The notes below the pieces were generated by a model. The model saw nothing but the letters and a program-made list of their open reading frames with translations, searched no databases and was not told where the DNA came from. A program made the position numbers and the translations under genes. Of a stretch of 64,000 nucleotides of DNA, positions 62,240 through 64,000 are shown in pieces. The DNA is taken from IMG/VR virus record IMGVR_UViG_3300047094_002472, one strand, 5' to 3'. The stretch comes from a virus. The stretch's first letter is position 1. The number at the start of each line of letters is the position of its first letter.

Positions 62240-62988
62240 AGACTTCCTCTGATCTTAATAAGTTCAATAAGCATCTTTGTATCTTCTTTTTCGTAATCGT
62301 CTTGCATTTTACTAATTTTCTTATAATAACTCTTGCCGTGCTTTTCCTCAGAGAAAATTTCGTAAGGGTCTGGTCTGTTGTCTCTGTTTTTCCACCAGTT
62401 ATATAACTCTGTTGTTTTACGAGCGGCGACTGCCTGTTCAGTTGGCTCACCAAACCCCTTATCTCCCTTTCTAAAGCCATAATCTTTGTTATAGGTCAAA
62501 CCACTAGCCCATTTTAAATAATCAAGCCCAGCCTCAACGCAGCGACCGTGAACAAATTTATACTTCTTTTCCTTATAACACTTGAATAAATGGGCGTATT
62601 CTATTTCTACAAGATCAACAAGTTCATTAAAAAGACCATGAATAATTCTATAGTCTAAGTCATAGTAATTGCCCGGCTTTAATCCCGTATTAAGACAATG
62701 AGTTTTGTCTATAAATCTATTGCGAACGTAAGCCTCTATGGTATAGTAAATATCACAGGGTAAATAAATTATATCCTGCAAACGATCAAGTAGTTTTTCT
62801 GCCACCCAATATCTATAAGGATGCTTATTTTGAGCCTCTTTACGCCATTCGTCCCAACCTTCCCATGCTAGTGCATATGGTTTATCTGTTCCCCTAATCC
62901 AGTCTGCTAAACTAGAGCAACTCCAATAATTTATTCTACTTCTTTTGCTTAATTTAAACATATTATTCCAGTTCCACCCCATGTTCAT
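62230..62988 (-). CDS. conserved hypothetical phage protein
   Basis: YWSCS..ADWIRGT.KP; LY.WW...R; IR.SLWT. Confidence 0.65.
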   Translation of the reverse strand: MNMGWNWNNMFKLSKRSRINYWSCSSLADWIRGTDKPYALAWEGWDEWRKEAQNKHPYRYWVAEKLLDRLQDIIYLPCDIYYTIEAYVRNRFIDKTHCLNTGLKPGNYYDLDYRIIHGLFNELVDLVEIEYAHLFKCYKEKKYKFVHGRCVEAGLDYLKWASGLTYNKDYGFRKGDKGFGEPTEQAVAARKTTELYNWWKNRDNRPDPYEIFSEEKHGKSYYKKISKMQDDYEKEDTKMLIELIKIRGSLWT

Positions 62989-63184
62989 TCACCAACCTAT
63001 AGAATTCTTCACGAATTTTATCAAGAGCATCATCAGCATCTTTAAAGTCATTACCATGTTTCTGCCAAGAACGAAGTTGTTGAGCAAAATACCATAGCAT
63101 ACTCTTGGCTTTCGCCGCATTAATAGCGGTATCAAATTCGCTCTGTTCTTCTGGTAAGTTAAATCTCAACGTAACTATTGGCAT
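62963..63184 (-). CDS. hypothetical protein
   Basis: FNLPEE..EF..A. Confidence 0.55.
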   Translation of the reverse strand: MPIVTLRFNLPEEQSEFDTAINAAKAKSMLWYFAQQLRSWQKHGNDFKDADDALDKIREEFYRLVNEHGVELE

Positions 63185-63186
63185 AA

Positions 63187-63399
63187 TTATTCTTTATGGT
63201 TATCAAGTTTAAGTGCTTGGGTAAAAGCCTCAAAGGTATCATCGGTATGAAGTTCGATCAAAACGGCCAAACCCTCTAAAACATTAGCGAGTTTATCATT
63301 ATTCATCTTATTTTCCAGCACAGCATTTGTCACAGACCGCAGATGATCCGCAAAAAGTGCTGTTTGATTAATCTTGTTTTCTAGATCGAACCTATCCAT
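63187..63399 (-). CDS. hypothetical protein
   Basis: DRFDLE..I. Confidence 0.55.
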   Translation of the reverse strand: MDRFDLENKINQTALFADHLRSVTNAVLENKMNNDKLANVLEGLAVLIELHTDDTFEAFTQALKLDNHKE

Positions 63400-63610
63400 T
63401 AGCAATCTCCTTTTCATATTCCTCAATATCTGTCTTAAATTCATCCGCTTGGCCTAAAACAACAGCAGCATGATACAAGATATGATCTCTAGGATCGCTA
63501 CCATCCTGAATAAATTCTTGATAACTAATTTGCTCACTATCACAATCAAAAATATATCTAGCACACTCCATAGCGGCTTCAGTATAATTCACTTCAGTTT
63601 GTGTACGCAT
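63392..63610 (-). CDS. hypothetical protein
   Basis: AGGAG SD. Confidence 0.55.
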   Translation of the reverse strand: MRTQTEVNYTEAAMECARYIFDCDSEQISYQEFIQDGSDPRDHILYHAAVVLGQADEFKTDIEEYEKEIANG

Positions 63611-63625
63611 ATTTATTGCTCCTAT

Positions 63626-63895
63626 TTAGGTAAGTTCCTTGATAATCTTGTTAAATTTATTTTGAATCTTCTTATTTTTCGGAGCATCGCAAAACCCAAG
63701 CCCCTTTTTAGTTTCTTCAACGCTTTCAACAATAGGAGGCTCATATTCTGTAGTTGTCCACTGACAATTCTTCTCAAAGAAAGTAAAGTCTAGTTCTCCA
63801 AGACCATCGTGAACGTCATCCTTGTTTTCAGCCTCAATAACAAAAGAGGTACTCTTAGCCTCAACGTAATTCATAGTAACCAGATATTTAGGCAT
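63626..63895 (-). CDS. hypothetical protein
   Basis: GGAG SD; upstream promoter. Confidence 0.55.
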   Translation of the reverse strand: MPKYLVTMNYVEAKSTSFVIEAENKDDVHDGLGELDFTFFEKNCQWTTTEYEPPIVESVEETKKGLGFCDAPKNKKIQNKFNKIIKELT

Positions 63896-63930
63896 GATTC
63901 GTCTCCAAAAGAGTGATGTTGCTAGTAAAC

Positions 63931-63958
63931 ACTATACCTCGTCTTTGAGAAATGTCAA
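63931..63958 (-). promoter_or_regulatory. sigma70 promoter
   Basis: TTGACA-16-TATAGT. Confidence 0.65.
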
Positions 63959-64000
63959 GAGGCTTCTTAAACTTTTTAATATTGCTCACTACCCATCCGT

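Noticed and set aside
1-64000. Alternative genetic code (stop recoding)
   Set aside because: Conserved genes are full length in code 11, and TAA, TAG and TGA all terminate genes

Overview
AT-rich, densely coding 64-kb segment of a large (probably jumbo) tailed dsDNA phage genome using the standard genetic code. Nearly all genes are on the minus strand. No capsid, terminase, polymerase, reverse transcriptase or CRISPR array was recognised. 1-13 kb: virion, fibre and membrane genes, including a tandem trypsin-like protease, a GC-rich beta-helix cassette and repeat-rich fibres. 13-23 kb: catalytically altered DeoC-like protein, ClpP-like protease, phage sigma factor, GIY-YIG endonuclease, degenerate GT4, GuaC, NDT-like protein and a macrodomain. 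23-37 kb: Cys-rich and mucin-like giant proteins (one ending in an M8-like metalloprotease), glycan-modifying genes (including the only plus-strand genes), and S8 and S1 proteases. 37-44 kb: RuvB coupled to a Zn-ribbon/RuvA-domain-III protein, RepB-like primase, a tRNA-like RNA element and rIIA/rIIB. 44-64 kb: early-type region with a minimal kinase, small secreted proteins resembling planctomycete proteins, DNA ligase, HhH glycosylase, EndoVII, tmRNA, tRNA-Leu(UAA), tRNA-Ile(UAU), deaminase, UvsE, ThyX and HNH. Two promoter classes can be read from the sequence: sigma70-type promoters carrying an extra (A/C)CGAT box, and a GGTGTA motif inferred to be the late promoter. A GC-rich (possibly planctomycete) host is an inference only. 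All family assignments come from visual motif recognition, not database searches.
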